Assembly (NCBI RefSeq): GCF_006345805.1 | Contig: NC_042997.1 | Span: 47,740,001-47,804,000 of the forward strand | DNA: 64,000 nucleotides | Direction of reading: 5' to 3' | Source of the DNA: Octopus sinensis | Taxonomy: Eukaryota | In this document: one piece after another, positions 27,395 through 41,400 of the stretch | How positions within the stretch are numbered: position 1 is the stretch's first letter | Layout of the letters: each line of letters opens with the position of its first letter | Program-made: the position numbers and the translations under genes | The notes under the pieces: model-generated | Told to the model about the DNA's origin: nothing | The model's input: only the letters and a program-made list of their open reading frames with translations | The model's database searches: none

Positions 27395-27700
27395 ACAGTT
27401 CCAGTTGCAACTGTTTGGCCACTGATTGCCTCCCTTTAGTCTAGGTTCTTCCCTCAGATAAATTTTGTCCCCCATTGCCATTTTCTTGTTTGTACCACGT
27501 GGGTCACGTCTGGCTTCAAACCCGCTCAGCCCAGATATGTCTTCTCCGTTGACTTTATGAAATTCTTCGCCACTTATCAATTCCATATTGTGGGTGCTAC
27601 AAATTTCTTACGATCCACTGGGAACCCTACCAAATTCTCAAACCATGCACCATCGCTGCGTCATGCCTTTCACATTTCTTCATATCATTTATACGTTTTT
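27395..27700 (-). mobile_element. Old RTE-like LINE 3' fragment
   Basis: GLSGF..KKMAMGDKIYLREEPRLKGGNQ resembles the RTE C-terminal 'RLRWFGH..KK....RGRPRLRW.DQ' motif; highly decayed. Confidence 0.35.
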
Positions 27701-28354
27701 ATCTCTTTTACAAATTGCAGTTTAAAGTACTCCTCTTTAAACAACAAATCACCTTCAAACTTAAACATAGTTGGATTATACGGGTGTACAAGCATTGCAC
27801 ATTGTTTTATCTTCCCATCTACTTCATAAAAATCCTTGTTCTCTTTAATCCACGTCTGCTATTTACAGATACACCATTTCAAACCCCCCAGCAAAAATAC
27901 GTACACACATACACACACATATACATACGCATACACACATACACTACACACACCCACACATCCACGCACTAACATCCAACACCTTCAAAGAAAAAAACCA
28001 ACATACTTCTATAGCAGGACGCCTATAGCAATACACCTATATGTAAAGATACTACTCTCTCTATTCATATACCTCCAGACACGAAATATTTGCATCTCTG
28101 CCCTAACATTCTAGCTTCTTAGCATCGCCAGAACACGATTCTTCTTGCTTTCTGCGCATCCATACCATTTATAAGTGCTTTATGTTACATTCCCTCTGTG
28201 CCTCTCGCTTTCTTCTGATGTAGGAATAACGTCTGAAATGTGGAGGTCCTTCAGTTTTCAATACAGAGTTACGAAAATATCTTACTTGTCAAACTTTGTT
28301 CCTCCTACGTTGCATTTACATTATATGTCTATCTGAATATATGCATGCGTATAA

Positions 28355-28555
28355 GGCGGCGAGCTGGCAGAAACGTTAGCGCGCCGGGCGAAATGCTTAG
28401 TGGTATTTCGTCTGTCGTTACGTTCTGAGTTCAAATTCTGCCGAGGTCGACTTTGCCTTTCATCCTCTCGGGGTCGATAAATAAGGTACCAATTTCGCAC
28501 TTAATCCCTTGTTTGTCCCCTCTATGTTTAGCTCTTTGTGGGTAGTAAAGAAATA
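28355..28555 (+). mobile_element. SINE family A, young copy with internal deletion
   Basis: Near-identical to 1625-1855 but lacks part of the tggggtcgatgtagtcgac segment. Confidence 0.9.
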
Positions 28556-29028
28556 TATATGCATGCGCAAGTACAAACGTAGGTATGTAAATATTAAAAC
28601 CTTTTCGTTTGAAAATAAAGTTACTGTTTGTGAGAATTGTAATGATTCGGCAGTCTTCTATTCATTCAGTCATTCATTCATTCTTTATCTTCTGCATTAT
28701 CTAACTGAGACGTGTATTACAGATGCCCCCCCCCCCGCCTTATACCACAGAAATTCAAACATTAAATATTATATCATTGTCCTCAGTCAGATAACTGGAC
28801 AAGTTTCACAAATGAGTCTTTCTTTCGTCATTTATTCTCGTTCATCTTTTCACAAATGCATATACATTAATCCTAGATTAATATGGTCAAATGGTGCTTT
28901 TTCGGTGAATATGTATGTTTGAGTTTGTGTGTCTCTGTGAATGTGTGTATGCACTTGTGTGCGCGTATAGATACATGCTATACATATTTAAGATGCTCAT
29001 ATATGCATATCGATAAATGCGATTAATA

Positions 29029-30280
29029 TTGTGTTGTCCGGAAAGTTCGTGCCGATTTATAGTAGCTTAACTTTCGACTTATTTTAGAACATGGTTGAGT
29101 CCATAAAATAGGATTTGGCGACACCTCCATTTAGAGCACAGTTTAAGCTATCTTTTCGTGGAAGAAGGTTTATGTTCCTATAACCTGTGTTAATTCTGTA
29201 GCCCTTAAAAATGGAAGATAAGAAAGTTCATTTTCGGCACTTGATGCTTTTCTTTTTCCACAAAGGAAAAATTCCCTCACAAGCAACCAAAGAAATATGT
29301 GCAGTTTACGGTGATGTTTCTTTATCTGAAAGAACTGTACTGTTGTGGTTTGCAAGGTTCCGAGCTGGAGATTGTTGCCTTATTGATAAAGAGTGATCAG
29401 ACAGACCATCCACTACAGATGATGACCAAATCAAGTCATTACTTCAGAATAACCCACATTACACAACCCGAGAATTAGCAGAAAGTCTCAACCTATCAAA
29501 ATCCATCGTTCATGAGCACCTGGTAAAGCTTGGGTACCATATGAGTTGAGTGAGCAGAACCTTTTGGATCGCATTTCCATCTGTTATTCGCTTTATATAT
29601 GGAATGAAAATGCGCCTTTTTTAAAGAAAATTGTGACAGGTGATGAGAAATGGATTATCTACCGAAATGTTTAGAGGAAGTGACCCTGGAGTAAGCGACA
29701 TGAGCTACCCTTAGCCACCCCAAAAGCGGGTCTTCACCCTAAAGAAGTCTTGCTTTGTGTCTGGTAGGATTGGAAAGGAATTCTGTACTACGAGCTTCTC
29801 CCAAGTAACCAGACAATTAATTCTGAGAAATACTGCACTCAACTGGACGAGTTAATAGCAGCAATTCAAGAGAAACGTCCAAAACTGGCCAACAGGAAGG
29901 GTGTTGTTTTCCAACATGGTAATGCAAAACCGCACGTTCTTTGGGAACCATACAAACATTGCTGCAGCTCGGCTGGGATGTGTTACCCCACCCTCCACAT
30001 TCACCAGATATTCTGATTTCCACTTATTCAGGTCTCTGCAGAATACACTTAATGGTAAAAAATATCAATTCCTTGGATGACATAAAAAGATACCTTGATG
30101 AATTCTTTGCCATGAAGCCACTTCAATTCTGGGAAGAGGGTATTTTCAAGTTAAAGGAAAGATGGAGACGCATTGTTCAACAAAATGGTTCATATTTGGT
30201 TGATTAAAAATGTAATAGCAAGTACTTATTGACCTTTTTCTTTCCTTTAAAAATCGGCACGAACTTTCCGGACAACCCAA
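29029..30280 (+). mobile_element. Full-length, inactivated mariner transposon (Hsmar1/cecropia-like)
   Basis: 30-bp TIRs TTG(T/G)GTTGTCCGGAAAGTTCGTGCCGATTT with one mismatch, and TA on both flanks. Disrupted transposase MEDKKVHFRH..., IVTGDEKW, HGNAKPH, HPPHSPD, DFHLFRSL. Confidence 0.97.
29211..30207 (+). pseudogene. Mariner DD34D transposase pseudogene
   Basis: Several stops and frameshifts. The second catalytic Asp is changed (HDN to HGN) and there is a deletion in the SPDLAPSD motif. Confidence 0.9.
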
Positions 30281-31422
30281 TAGTTATGTACAGGATACAA
30301 ATATACTTCGAAACTTAATTACCACTTACCTGTATATGAATGGCGATTTGTTCAAATTTAATACAAGCGGTACTTACCTACAAAAGTAAAAGAAAAATAA
30401 TTTTATTAATTACAATTTGTATGCATATACACTACACACACACAGACACATATATAAGTGTGCGCGTGTGTGTGTGTTATTTAAAGTGTATTCCGTTAGG
30501 AACGTATTAGAGTACAAAATAGAGCTCGTTCATCCTTAGAATGTTCTCCTTCCTGTTAACGGTATTTATTCAATTTTGATATGTGTATGTAAAATGTATG
30601 TATGTATTTAGGTAGGTAGGTAGGCAAGCAGGCAGGCATTTGTAGGCATCAGTAATTGATTTATGCAAAGTTGCAAATAAAACGACTAACCATTAAGTGT
30701 TGTATAGTTCAAAAGATTTAAGTAGGGTATTCCATTTAGGCGGTGTCGAAGTTTGATCGTCGTTGATTTCGACAAACAGCAAATATTTTAGTCTTTTTTT
30801 TTTTTTTCATGCCTTCCTATGAATTCCATTTTTTTCCATTTTTTACCCCTTGCTTGTTGGAGCTAGAACCTATAATCCAGTTGCTGTTTAATATATTTTG
30901 AAATATTAAGAGATAATGATTTCTGTATGATATTTGATTGGGTAAGGAGACACAAATATTTTAATTGTGAAATTCCCGTATATTAATACTTTAAATGGAG
31001 TTTTTTGATAAATCTATATCAGTAGATGCATATAATACAATAAATGTATTACATTCTACAATAGTAATGAAATCACAGAAAAACAATTAAAAAATCATTA
31101 ATGCTAAACAGCAGATGACAATCAGTAAATCTTGAAATGTTCTTAACAAAAGTGAAATTCACATCAAAGGAAGAAAAAATTGAAAGTAAGAACATGTGAA
31201 AACCTTCAATCTAGAAAATCTACTGCATCACTTGACAAAAAAAACGAAGATAATTACATACATGCATACATACATACATACATACATACATACATACATA
31301 CATACATACATACATGAATGCATACATACATATCTATGCGTATGTATGTATTAGTTTATAATTATATGTATATACATCCATGTACATATACACACCCAGA
31401 TGCACAGACAGACACGCATACT

Positions 31423-31484
<62 letters not shown>

Positions 31485-32326
31485 TGGCGTAACATATATT
31501 TGGGGTGTGCTAATCCAAGATTAGTAGATACGAAGGAATGGTTGGATAAATGAGGTATTTGGGCCTTATCTAAATATCAATGCATGGAAGATAAACACCA
31601 GAACACACCCAAGTGTCAATGTTCACGAGAATTATATAGTTAGCGATCTGTTAAGATCTATAAAGCCTTAGAATGGTGATGTATATCGAATACTAGAGCA
31701 GTACTTAATATCTTCCAATAATTAGTTTTGATTATCGTTATTCACTCATTGCTGCAGTAGAATATTTCCTATGAATTCATACGTAATCGATAACGTAAGT
31801 TTTAATCATAAAGCTGGTATATTAAATAGACTCTATCATACCCATTCAACGTGCCTAAGAGACATTCCTGTTTAAATGCGCAATCATTAATCAATGAATC
31901 CTCGTGGCTGTTACATAGACTAGTTGATGTATAACTACGCTCAAAAAACGATTGAAAGAGCGTAGAATATATCTAATATATCCCAACGCTATACCGTGTA
32001 AATACCACCGTATTCAATCCTCACGCTCTAGTTAATTGAATACTCGATAAATTCCGTCTTCAGTTCAATATAATACCGTGTATTGTTCATTAGATGACCT
32101 TTTATCGAGGCAAGATATGAGATTAAAGTATATAACTACATGATTATATAAATTCATCAAAGAATTTTCGGTAATAACTGTGAAAGACAAGCTCTTAAGT
32201 ACGGCTTCTCTCAATCGCAAAGTCTTTGTTTTCCACTCTGAGTTTCATTATATTTGTATTTATGTATGTACGTATGTATGCGTCTCTCTCTTTCTCCTGT
32301 CTCTCTCCTCTCTCTCTCTCTCTATG

Positions 32327-32392
<66 letters not shown>

Positions 32393-32509
32393 TGTGTATG
32401 AATATATATATATACATACACACACACATATAAATATATGCATATATGTATGTATACAGACATATATAGATGCATATTTATTTATGTTTATGTATATAAC
32501 TGTATATAT

Positions 32510-34745
32510 AAACTTAGATAAACTTAGATATGTTTCGACCAAAGATTGCACCACCTGATAGGATTATTCGAATCCTGTTTAAGTCAAGTTTTGTTCAAGT
32601 AGTGAGTTCTTGTTGGGTGAGTTGTATCCAATTATGGGTGGCTTATCTGGTATTCTTTGAAGGAATCTATCCAGACTCTGTTTAAAGTTGATGGGATCCT
32701 TTTCCTCTTTGATCTCTCTCGGGACAATGTTAAATAGGGCAGAGCCTGTTGAGGAAAAGAAATTATGTTGCAGTGTACATGTATGTTGTGATCTTGAATT
32801 GGCAGGGGACGTATAGCCCGTGGTCCAAGTCTTGGATGAACCTTGAAGCTAATGTTTAGGTCGTTTGGGCAAAGTTGGCGGTATATTTTCCACATCGTAC
32901 AAATGATGTACCGCTCACGGCGACGCTGGAGGGAGTAAAGTTTCAGGCTTTAAGGCGATCCCAATAATCGAGAGCAGCCATGCCTTCAATGCGTTTAGTG
33001 AGTGCCCTCTGGGGTGACTCAATTCTGGAGATGTTTTGTCTTGTGTGAGGAGACCACAGTGGGCAGCAGTATTCAAGGTGTGGCCGTACAAAGGCGGAAA
33101 AAAGTGGTATGATGACACCTTGTTCTCTGGACCGGAAAGTTCTTAAGATCCAGGAACTCATCCTACGAGCTATATCGACCTTCTTGTTGATGTGTGCACT
33201 CCAACTGAGATCGTCATCAACAATTACACCCAGGTCTCTGATATTGTTAGAGGCTGTGAGCGGTTCCCCTGAAGGAAGAGAGTATGGCTGTTTTAGTGAG
33301 GAGTTTCTTCCAAAATGCATCAGCTCAAATTTTCCCTCGTTCAGTTGCATTTTGTTTCTGTCTGCCCATTGACTCACAGCATATAGATCAGACTGGAGTT
33401 GAGTTCGGTCTGCTTCTTCATTGACGATTTGCTGGAGCTTGGTGTCATCAGCAAATATTTTCACTTTGCAGTAATGTACGACACTGGAAAGGTCGTTTAT
33501 GTAGATTATAAAGAGTAGCGGACCCAAGACAGTCCCCTGGGGGACACCGCTGGTGACTTTTGCTGGGCTTCAGTGGACTCCATCAACTACAACATGTTGT
33601 GTTCTATTCGCCAGGAAATACTTGATCCAGTGTAGAACTTTTCCACGGATTCCAACATTTGCCAATTTTGAGAGTAGGATATTATGGTCTACCGTTTCGA
33701 ACGCTTTACTGAAGTCAAGATATATGACATCAGAGTTCGAACCTGTTCCCAAGGCTTTGAGTACATCTTCAATGTGGTGTAAGAGCTGTGTTAGACAGTC
33801 CCTGCCACAGCGAAAGCCATGCTGATTTGTATTTAGGAGTTTCTGGGTCTCCAGGAAGTCAGCCATCCTTGATCTTAACACTGTTTCAAACACTTGATGA
33901 TGTGGGAGGTGAGTGAGATTGGGCGATAGTTGAGTGCGAGGGATCTGTTTCCTGTTTGAAAACCGGGATGACTGACTGGGATAGAAACTGTTTTGGTATA
34001 TAACCTGCATCTAACGAATTTCTCCAGAGGTTGGTCAGAGGGACTGCAAGTTGGTGTCTACATTCCTTCAGGAGACTAGCGGGGATCTATCAGGGCCTAC
34101 AGCAGAGTAGTATTTGACCTCATTTATTGCTGCTACGATGTCAGTGGGAGTGAAGGTTATGTCTGAGATTTTATGTTGGGAGTCAACTTCGTTCGCTTCT
34201 CTTACGTCTATCAGTGGGAACACTAAAGACAGAGCAGTATTGTTTCTGCAGTATTTCTGCCATTTCTTTAGCATCGTGTTGGAGAATGCCGTTAGCATCA
34301 ATTAATGGCCCAATGGGTGAGACAGTGGTTCTATGCTTATTTGCATAGGAATAGAACACTTTTGGGTTCTGTTTGATGTTTTTGATTACCCACTGTTCCT
34401 CCGCAGCTCTTTGGTTTTCAATGGAGGTTTTCATGTCGTTCTGCAGATGAAGTTTTTCCAGCTCTAGCCTTTTCATTGTTGTTGAACGTGGATTTGTTTG
34501 TGGGATATTTTAATTGGTTGATTTTTTTGTTAAGTCTTTTGATGCGCCTGATGAGTGTTTTCTTCTTTTTAGGGAGCCGATTTCTGTTTGTGTTAGTAGA
34601 TTTCGTGGGAGCGTGTTTAGAGCATGTATATGTGACAATGTTTTCAAAGTGCTGCCATGCGGTCTCAATATGGGTGGAATTGAGAGTAAAAGACCAGTCG
34701 ATGAAAGACAGATCCTTTCTGATTGCTCCCCAGTCCGCATTATGG
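32510..34745 (-). mobile_element. 5'-truncated CR1-like LINE (ORF2 linker, reverse transcriptase, 3' UTR)
   Basis: RT motifs NQHGFRCGRDC, YLDFSKAFETV, GVPQGTVLGPLLFIIYIND, FADDTKL and RPHLEYCCPLWSP in frameshifted pieces. Short tandem AAACTTAGAT at the 3' end. Confidence 0.93.
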
Positions 34746-34852
34746 AAGTTTATGTTATCATACGTATTTGTATATATGTATGCATATAATGTTTATTTAT
34801 TTCGTATGTTATATATACGTTATATATATATATATATATATATACTATATTA

Positions 34853-34890
<38 letters not shown>

Positions 34891-35107
34891 CTATATATAT
34901 ATATATATATATATGTAGGTGAGAAATTGGTGTGTGAAAGCACGTGGTTGAAATATAGAAAATTGTAAAAAGTGAAAAACTACAGAAGGCTTGTTTTAAA
35001 AGGTTAAAAATATTATTTGAGTCATTATGTCTGAAGAATGTTATAAATTTTTTTCCTACAATATAGATATATATATATATATATACATATATATTATATT
35101 TATATAT

Positions 35108-35139
<32 letters not shown>

Positions 35140-35282
35140 ATATATACGTATTTGTATATATGTATGCATATAAATGTATGTAATATATATACGTATATGA
35201 CTCAAATATATATTTTTTTACTTTTTAAAACAAGCCTCCTGTAGTTTTTTCACTTTTTACTATTTTAAATATTATATATTAT

Positions 35283-35314
<32 letters not shown>

Positions 35315-35493
35315 AAATAATAAATATTAGGGAATAAATCCAAATTACAGGGAAAAAAATCAGATTTAGGATTAAATCCAATTTTATAGTAAAATATTAT
35401 AAAATATTATTAGAGACAAAACCACTATTTTGCAAAACAACAAGGAAAGACTTAATCAATACATAAAATTTTAATAAATAGTCAAAAAAACCG

Positions 35494-35536
35494 CCACTAC
35501 AATTGTTTCTTGTCTTGATCGACGATCTTCAGGTGG
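35494..35536 (-). ncRNA. Minimal type-I hammerhead ribozyme motif
   Basis: CCAC-CUGAAGA-UCGUC(GAUCAA)GACAA-GAAA-CAAUUG-UA-GUGG: 4-bp stem I, stem II with one mismatch, palindromic stem III ACAAUUGU. Confidence 0.65.
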
Positions 35537-35602
35537 ACTTCCAATAAGTCAGTTTCAAATTATTCCTTGTTTGTTTTGCAAAATAGTGGTTTGTCTCTAA
35601 TA

Positions 35603-35658
<56 letters not shown>

Positions 35659-35659
35659 A

Positions 35660-35738
<79 letters not shown>

Positions 35739-36593
35739 TAAACAAATATATATAACTGGAATTTAGGTCTTTATTGTTATATATACATATATAAATACAA
35801 ATACATATACGTACACATATGCATGTGTGTGTGAGTCTGTGTGTGTGTGTGAGTCTGTGTGTGTGTGTGTACGTAGAGAGAGAGAGACAGAGACAGACAG
35901 ATATAGAAAGGGAGAGGGTGATGTTCATTGTTACCCATACAAACAGACGAGGAAGACGACTGCTAGCAGAATGTTTCGTTCACAAACCAAAACTATTCGT
36001 AAAACTTGTCGATTCTAATTTATGTCAGACGGAGAAGGCTTTACAACGAGGCCAAGACAAAACAAAATCGAAATGTATCTGTAGGCGCTTACAATCTTAC
36101 AAATCAAAGATAGATGCATAACAACTCAAATGAGACAACAACCGGAATTTAGAAGGTCTGTTGGTATGTTGAAGCTGAAAGTAATATAGAAAAGAGAAAG
36201 AAAAGTAAAAACAGTCTTTTGTTAGGCTCAAATTCTATTCATCCTTACGATTTCGAACTTTCTGTAGGGTGCGACAGTTGTTCAATGTCGTTTCAAGATT
36301 TCTCGCCAATAGAGAAAGAGTTGGCGTATAGTCTAGATCCACGGCTCCATTGGAATTTCAACATCAAGAACAGGGTACTTTTATATGTATGCATGCATGT
36401 ATGTTTGTTTGTATGCATGCACGTATGCATATGTGCATATTTGCATGTTTTCTTTTATCTATGCAGTCTCTGTTTTCTTTTATCTATGCATATAGTTGCA
36501 TATCTAGACATGCACATATATATTTAAATGGTAAACTTGTGCAAAGTTTTGCAGATTTTTACAGTTCCAGTGATATATATATATATATGTATA

Positions 36594-36650
<57 letters not shown>

Positions 36651-36873
36651 TACATACATACACATACACACACACATACACACACACATGTATATATACA
36701 TACATATACATTCACCTACACACAAATATGTATGTATATATTTATAGATATGTGCATAACAAAATACGATATACATACATATTGACATATTTATACATAA
36801 GGAGCATTCGTTTAATGATATCCATATTCTATGGCACGTGCACATATTTCTGTATATATATATATATATATAC

Positions 36874-36923
<50 letters not shown>

Positions 36924-39590
36924 ATATATATGTATGTTTGTATGTATGTATGTATTCATGCATGTATGTATTTATGTATGTATGTATGTATGTATGTATG
37001 TGAGAGAATGCAAGGGCGTGCATCTATTTATGGCGGGCGAAAATGCCAGAACCCGTTCCATACCATTATCTGCAATACACATTAGATTTAGTTGCATATA
37101 TTTATGTATACCATGTTAACCTATGCATAAAGATTCTGAATGAGCTGAAGTACTTTTGTAAAAACATACGATTTCTGTTAGAATTCAGACAGGGCCAGCT
37201 TTAGTGATATTTTCACCAACGTTCGCACACACACGCATACACACACACACACATGTAAATGTATGTATGTGTCTGTGTATGCATGTATGCATGTATGTGT
37301 GTGAGTGCTTGCATATGTGTATATGTTTTTATATGTATGTACTTATAGAAACACACACCGATAAACGCATCCGTTATGAAGTTTAAAGAAGTGTGAAATT
37401 CTAACAGACGTTAGCTGTTTCTTCAGGAAATATGTCTAAATATACCAGATACGTTTTTAGCTAGAACCAGCATTATTTATTATGCCGTTAGTAACGCATG
37501 ACTGTGTACTACTTCCAGTGCTGGCGTTTGGAATTCAATTTTCTCACAAGGATAGTCAGTAATTGTCGAACGACATGTGACATACACTTTGATAACAATT
37601 ATTCACGCGTGGCTATTTATTGATCACCTAAACTGATCCAAGAATTTTCTAGCTATGACAGAATATTTAGAACATATAAGGAAACGAATACAAATAGTAT
37701 TTTATATTTGATAGTCATACTATTCCATCACATTCTACCATATAAAACATAGATATATTTACGCAAAATTTTGTATTAAGACGGTATCATTTCATTGGAG
37801 TTTATTCACCCCTCGAGGAGAATATAGTGTCATTACTTCTCTTTATTTGATACTACTGACAAGGATTTATTAATAAATGTGGATTTCTGACGATAAGAGC
37901 GATTAGATAAACAGCTTCTAATTTCAATTCCCATCGGGCTATCTCTAGTAAACGTGATTATCTACATATAAACATATGTATAAACACAGACACGTTTGTA
38001 TGCATATATATATATATATATATATGTGTTGTTACAAAAAATATATACATCTATACATATATATATATACACACACACACATATATATGTATGTTTATGT
38101 ATATATATATATATACACATATATACATACACGCATGCATATATATGTGTCTGTATTGCACACACGTGCATATATACATATATGCATACATACACACATA
38201 TGAATATGGATATATACATGTATGTATATATAAATACACTCACACACACACACGCACACACACACTCGCATATATATGATCGTTTTCCCTACACGCATAT
38301 AGAAAACATGTATGTATTTAAATACGTTCGCATATCAGCCTCTTTAGTAATAGTAAAGCAAATTGAACAATTTTTTTTTATATTTTGTAGCTAGTGTGAT
38401 GAAATTAAAACCGATAATTTTATGATGTATGACAGTGAAGGACTAACATCAAAAGAGTATATAAAAAAGATGCCTTCAAGGAATACACATATCTGTATTT
38501 CACCAACGGATATCGAAATATTATTAGTAACAAATATTTAAGAAATAAAATCACAGATATGCGATCTGTGAAATCGCATGTGTATTTAATATCTTGCAAA
38601 GTCTTATGAACATATTTTCCTGTAGAGGCTGTTAACTCTAACATCAAAGGATTATCGCTAGAGCGATTTAGAATGATTTACATTTATTCCTTAATTCACA
38701 CGAAGGGCCTTTTATAGAAGTTTCAGCATTTAGTAAGGGATCCACTTTATATTAATCGCAACAGAATCCTACTTCATGGCCCATCAAAGACATGGCGTTG
38801 GAAATATAATTCCCGAATTTGGAATACTTTGATCATTTACTGTCACCCTATCTAATTTATGCCCTGCGCACACGTACATACATATTTATAAACACCCTCA
38901 CTATCATTAACATATACTGTGCATTTTCTTATCCAAATCATACGAAAGAGTGGTTTCGTCAATCTATCTTCACATCAGCAGCTATTTAAGCTGCATTTCT
39001 TTGTTCTGACTATTTGCATGAGATGAAGTTGTTGATATCATTTATATCGTTTATACTATTACATATCAATCTGAAGGAGGCTTGCTTCTTTTATTATTTC
39101 TTATTAGTTTTTTCTTTCTTTGGTGGCGTGGTTATAGAGAGGTTCTGCTAGTATTTTTCTGTTGACTTTTTCCTATTGACCTTTGGAAGATTCTCGTTAC
39201 TGATGTTTTTTGTTATCTCTCTCTTTTTTTTTTTTTTTTGCTTATGGACGCATTAGAGATTTTCGTAGCTTATCATTTATTCATACTACGTCAAATTATC
39301 TGTGAATTCAGAGAGACTTCAAAAGTTCAGTTATACATGGAAATGTATGTTAAATGATGTTTTCATGATATTCTCGAAATGTTTAGACATAGGACTCTGG
39401 AAAGTTCAAAATTTGATTAGGTAGGGCAGTTAAAATCATAATAAAACGTTGAAGCAGGCTACCCCACAAGAAATTTCCTCTAAAACTCTCTCCCAAATAC
39501 ATAAACACACATACACGCAAACATATATATATATATATACACACATACACACACACACACACCCATATATATATATATGTATAAATATAT

Positions 39591-39665
<75 letters not shown>

Positions 39666-39678
39666 CATACATATATTC

Positions 39679-39895
39679 TTCCACTTGTTTCAGTTATTTG
39701 GCCGCAGCCATGCTAAAGCCTCTAGTCGACCAAATCGCCCCCCCCAGGACTTATTGTTTGTAAGCCTAGTACTTATTCTATCGGCCTCTGTTGCCGAACC
39801 GCGAAGTTACGGGGACATAAACACACCAGCATCTGTTGTCAAGCGATGTTAGGGGACAAACACAGACGCAAACATAAACACACACACACACACAC

Positions 39896-39953
<58 letters not shown>

Positions 39954-40112
39954 GACGGGCTTCTTGCAGTTTCCGCCTATCGAATCCACTCACTAGTCTT
40001 TGGTCGGCCTGAGGCTATAGTAGAAGACACCTGCCTAAGGTGCCACGAAGTGGGAGTGAACCTAGAACCATGTTGTTGATAAGCAAGCTACTTACCTTAC
40101 ACAGCCACTCCT
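39679..40112 (-). mobile_element. SINE family B, full-length
   Basis: The reverse complement begins AGGAGTGGCTGTGTAAG...; homologous to the other family B copies. Confidence 0.9.
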
Positions 40113-40776
40113 ATATATAATATATATATATATTTAAGGTATAGAACACTGATACTGCGTCATTGCCCTTGAAAGGCCCTCTCATATAGGGGCTTGGTGC
40201 ATAAAAAAGCACACACAGACTAGCAAACAAGAATTTTTTGTAATCGGCACAGGAATTCGCATACCACGTGATTTCATCCTATTGGAAATTATCAGTGGTA
40301 CATGTAAGGTCACTGCATACCAATCAGACATCGCTGCTACATTGTATAGAATATCAGCTTCATTTCAGATACTAGTGTCGAGAATAGCCACCAGGTTTAT
40401 TAAAATTTAATCATTGGCGACAGAAGCACTACGAATGCTTTAAATGTAATCTTTATATTCAAAATAACTTGGATATCTGATAAGTATACTTATCGAAAGA
40501 AAAGATGTCGAATGCTATATAATTAACTAATGTGTTTTATGTAACAGTTATCCGTAGCGTTTCTTCACCTGCTTTTCGGATAGCAGCCAAAAAGCAGATC
40601 TCACATCATGTCCCCAATTATTCTTGGATAAGCTGTCATGCTATCTCTATTGTAATTTAAGTCTACATCTGCTTAACTCCGGTAATATGCTTTACACTTA
40701 GTTGTATTCTAGATGTCTCTTTTATTCTGATTCTCCGATACCATTAATATTCTGCGTGCGTGTATGTATATACATG

Positions 40777-40837
<61 letters not shown>

Positions 40838-40838
40838 G

Positions 40839-40875
<37 letters not shown>

Positions 40876-40879
40876 GGGA

Positions 40880-41145
40880 AGCTTTATGAAAATAAACAAA
40901 AGACGAAGGCAGGTGGAAAACAAACGAACAATTGTATTAGTATGGCGCTCAGGAATATAAATAAAACAAGTCTTTAACGTTTCGAGCCTACGCTCTTCAA
41001 CAGAAAGATACACAGAGAGAGAAAAACACAGAAAGAAGGAGAGAAAAAAATGCGTGCAGTAGCTAACGAATCAACATGGCGATCTGATTTCGGCCAGAGG
41101 TCAAAGATCAAACATGAGACGCGAGAGCGAAATAAGGGGAGATTA
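40880..41145 (-). mobile_element. Penelope-like terminal-repeat fragment carrying a variant hammerhead
   Basis: GC-richer island between TA tracts that contains the motif at 40971-41008. Confidence 0.5.
40971..41008 (-). ncRNA. Variant minimal type-I hammerhead motif
   Basis: UCUUU-CUGUUGA-A-GAGC(GUAG)GCUC-GAAA-CG-UU-AAAGA: 5-bp stem I, 4-bp stem II, palindromic AACGUU stem III, with a core A6U change. Confidence 0.5.
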
Positions 41146-41157
41146 TGTATATATATA

Positions 41158-41196
<39 letters not shown>

Positions 41197-41328
41197 TATA
41201 TAATATATATATATATTATATATATATAATATGTATATATACATATATTATATATATATATATATATATATGCACTAGATATGTCGAAACGAATGTCGTG
41301 ATTAATAATAAATTCTTGTATTTCATTC

Positions 41329-41400
<72 letters not shown>

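Noticed and set aside
32530-32580. CCACCTGATAGG plus a hairpin at the LINE 3' end as a possible ribozyme
   Set aside because: The core reads CUGAUAG and is not followed by GAAA or stem III.
36350-37003. Longest ORF in the track (217 aa)
   Set aside because: It is a read-through of TA/CA/TATG microsatellites (YI, CM and HT repeats) with no protein-like content.
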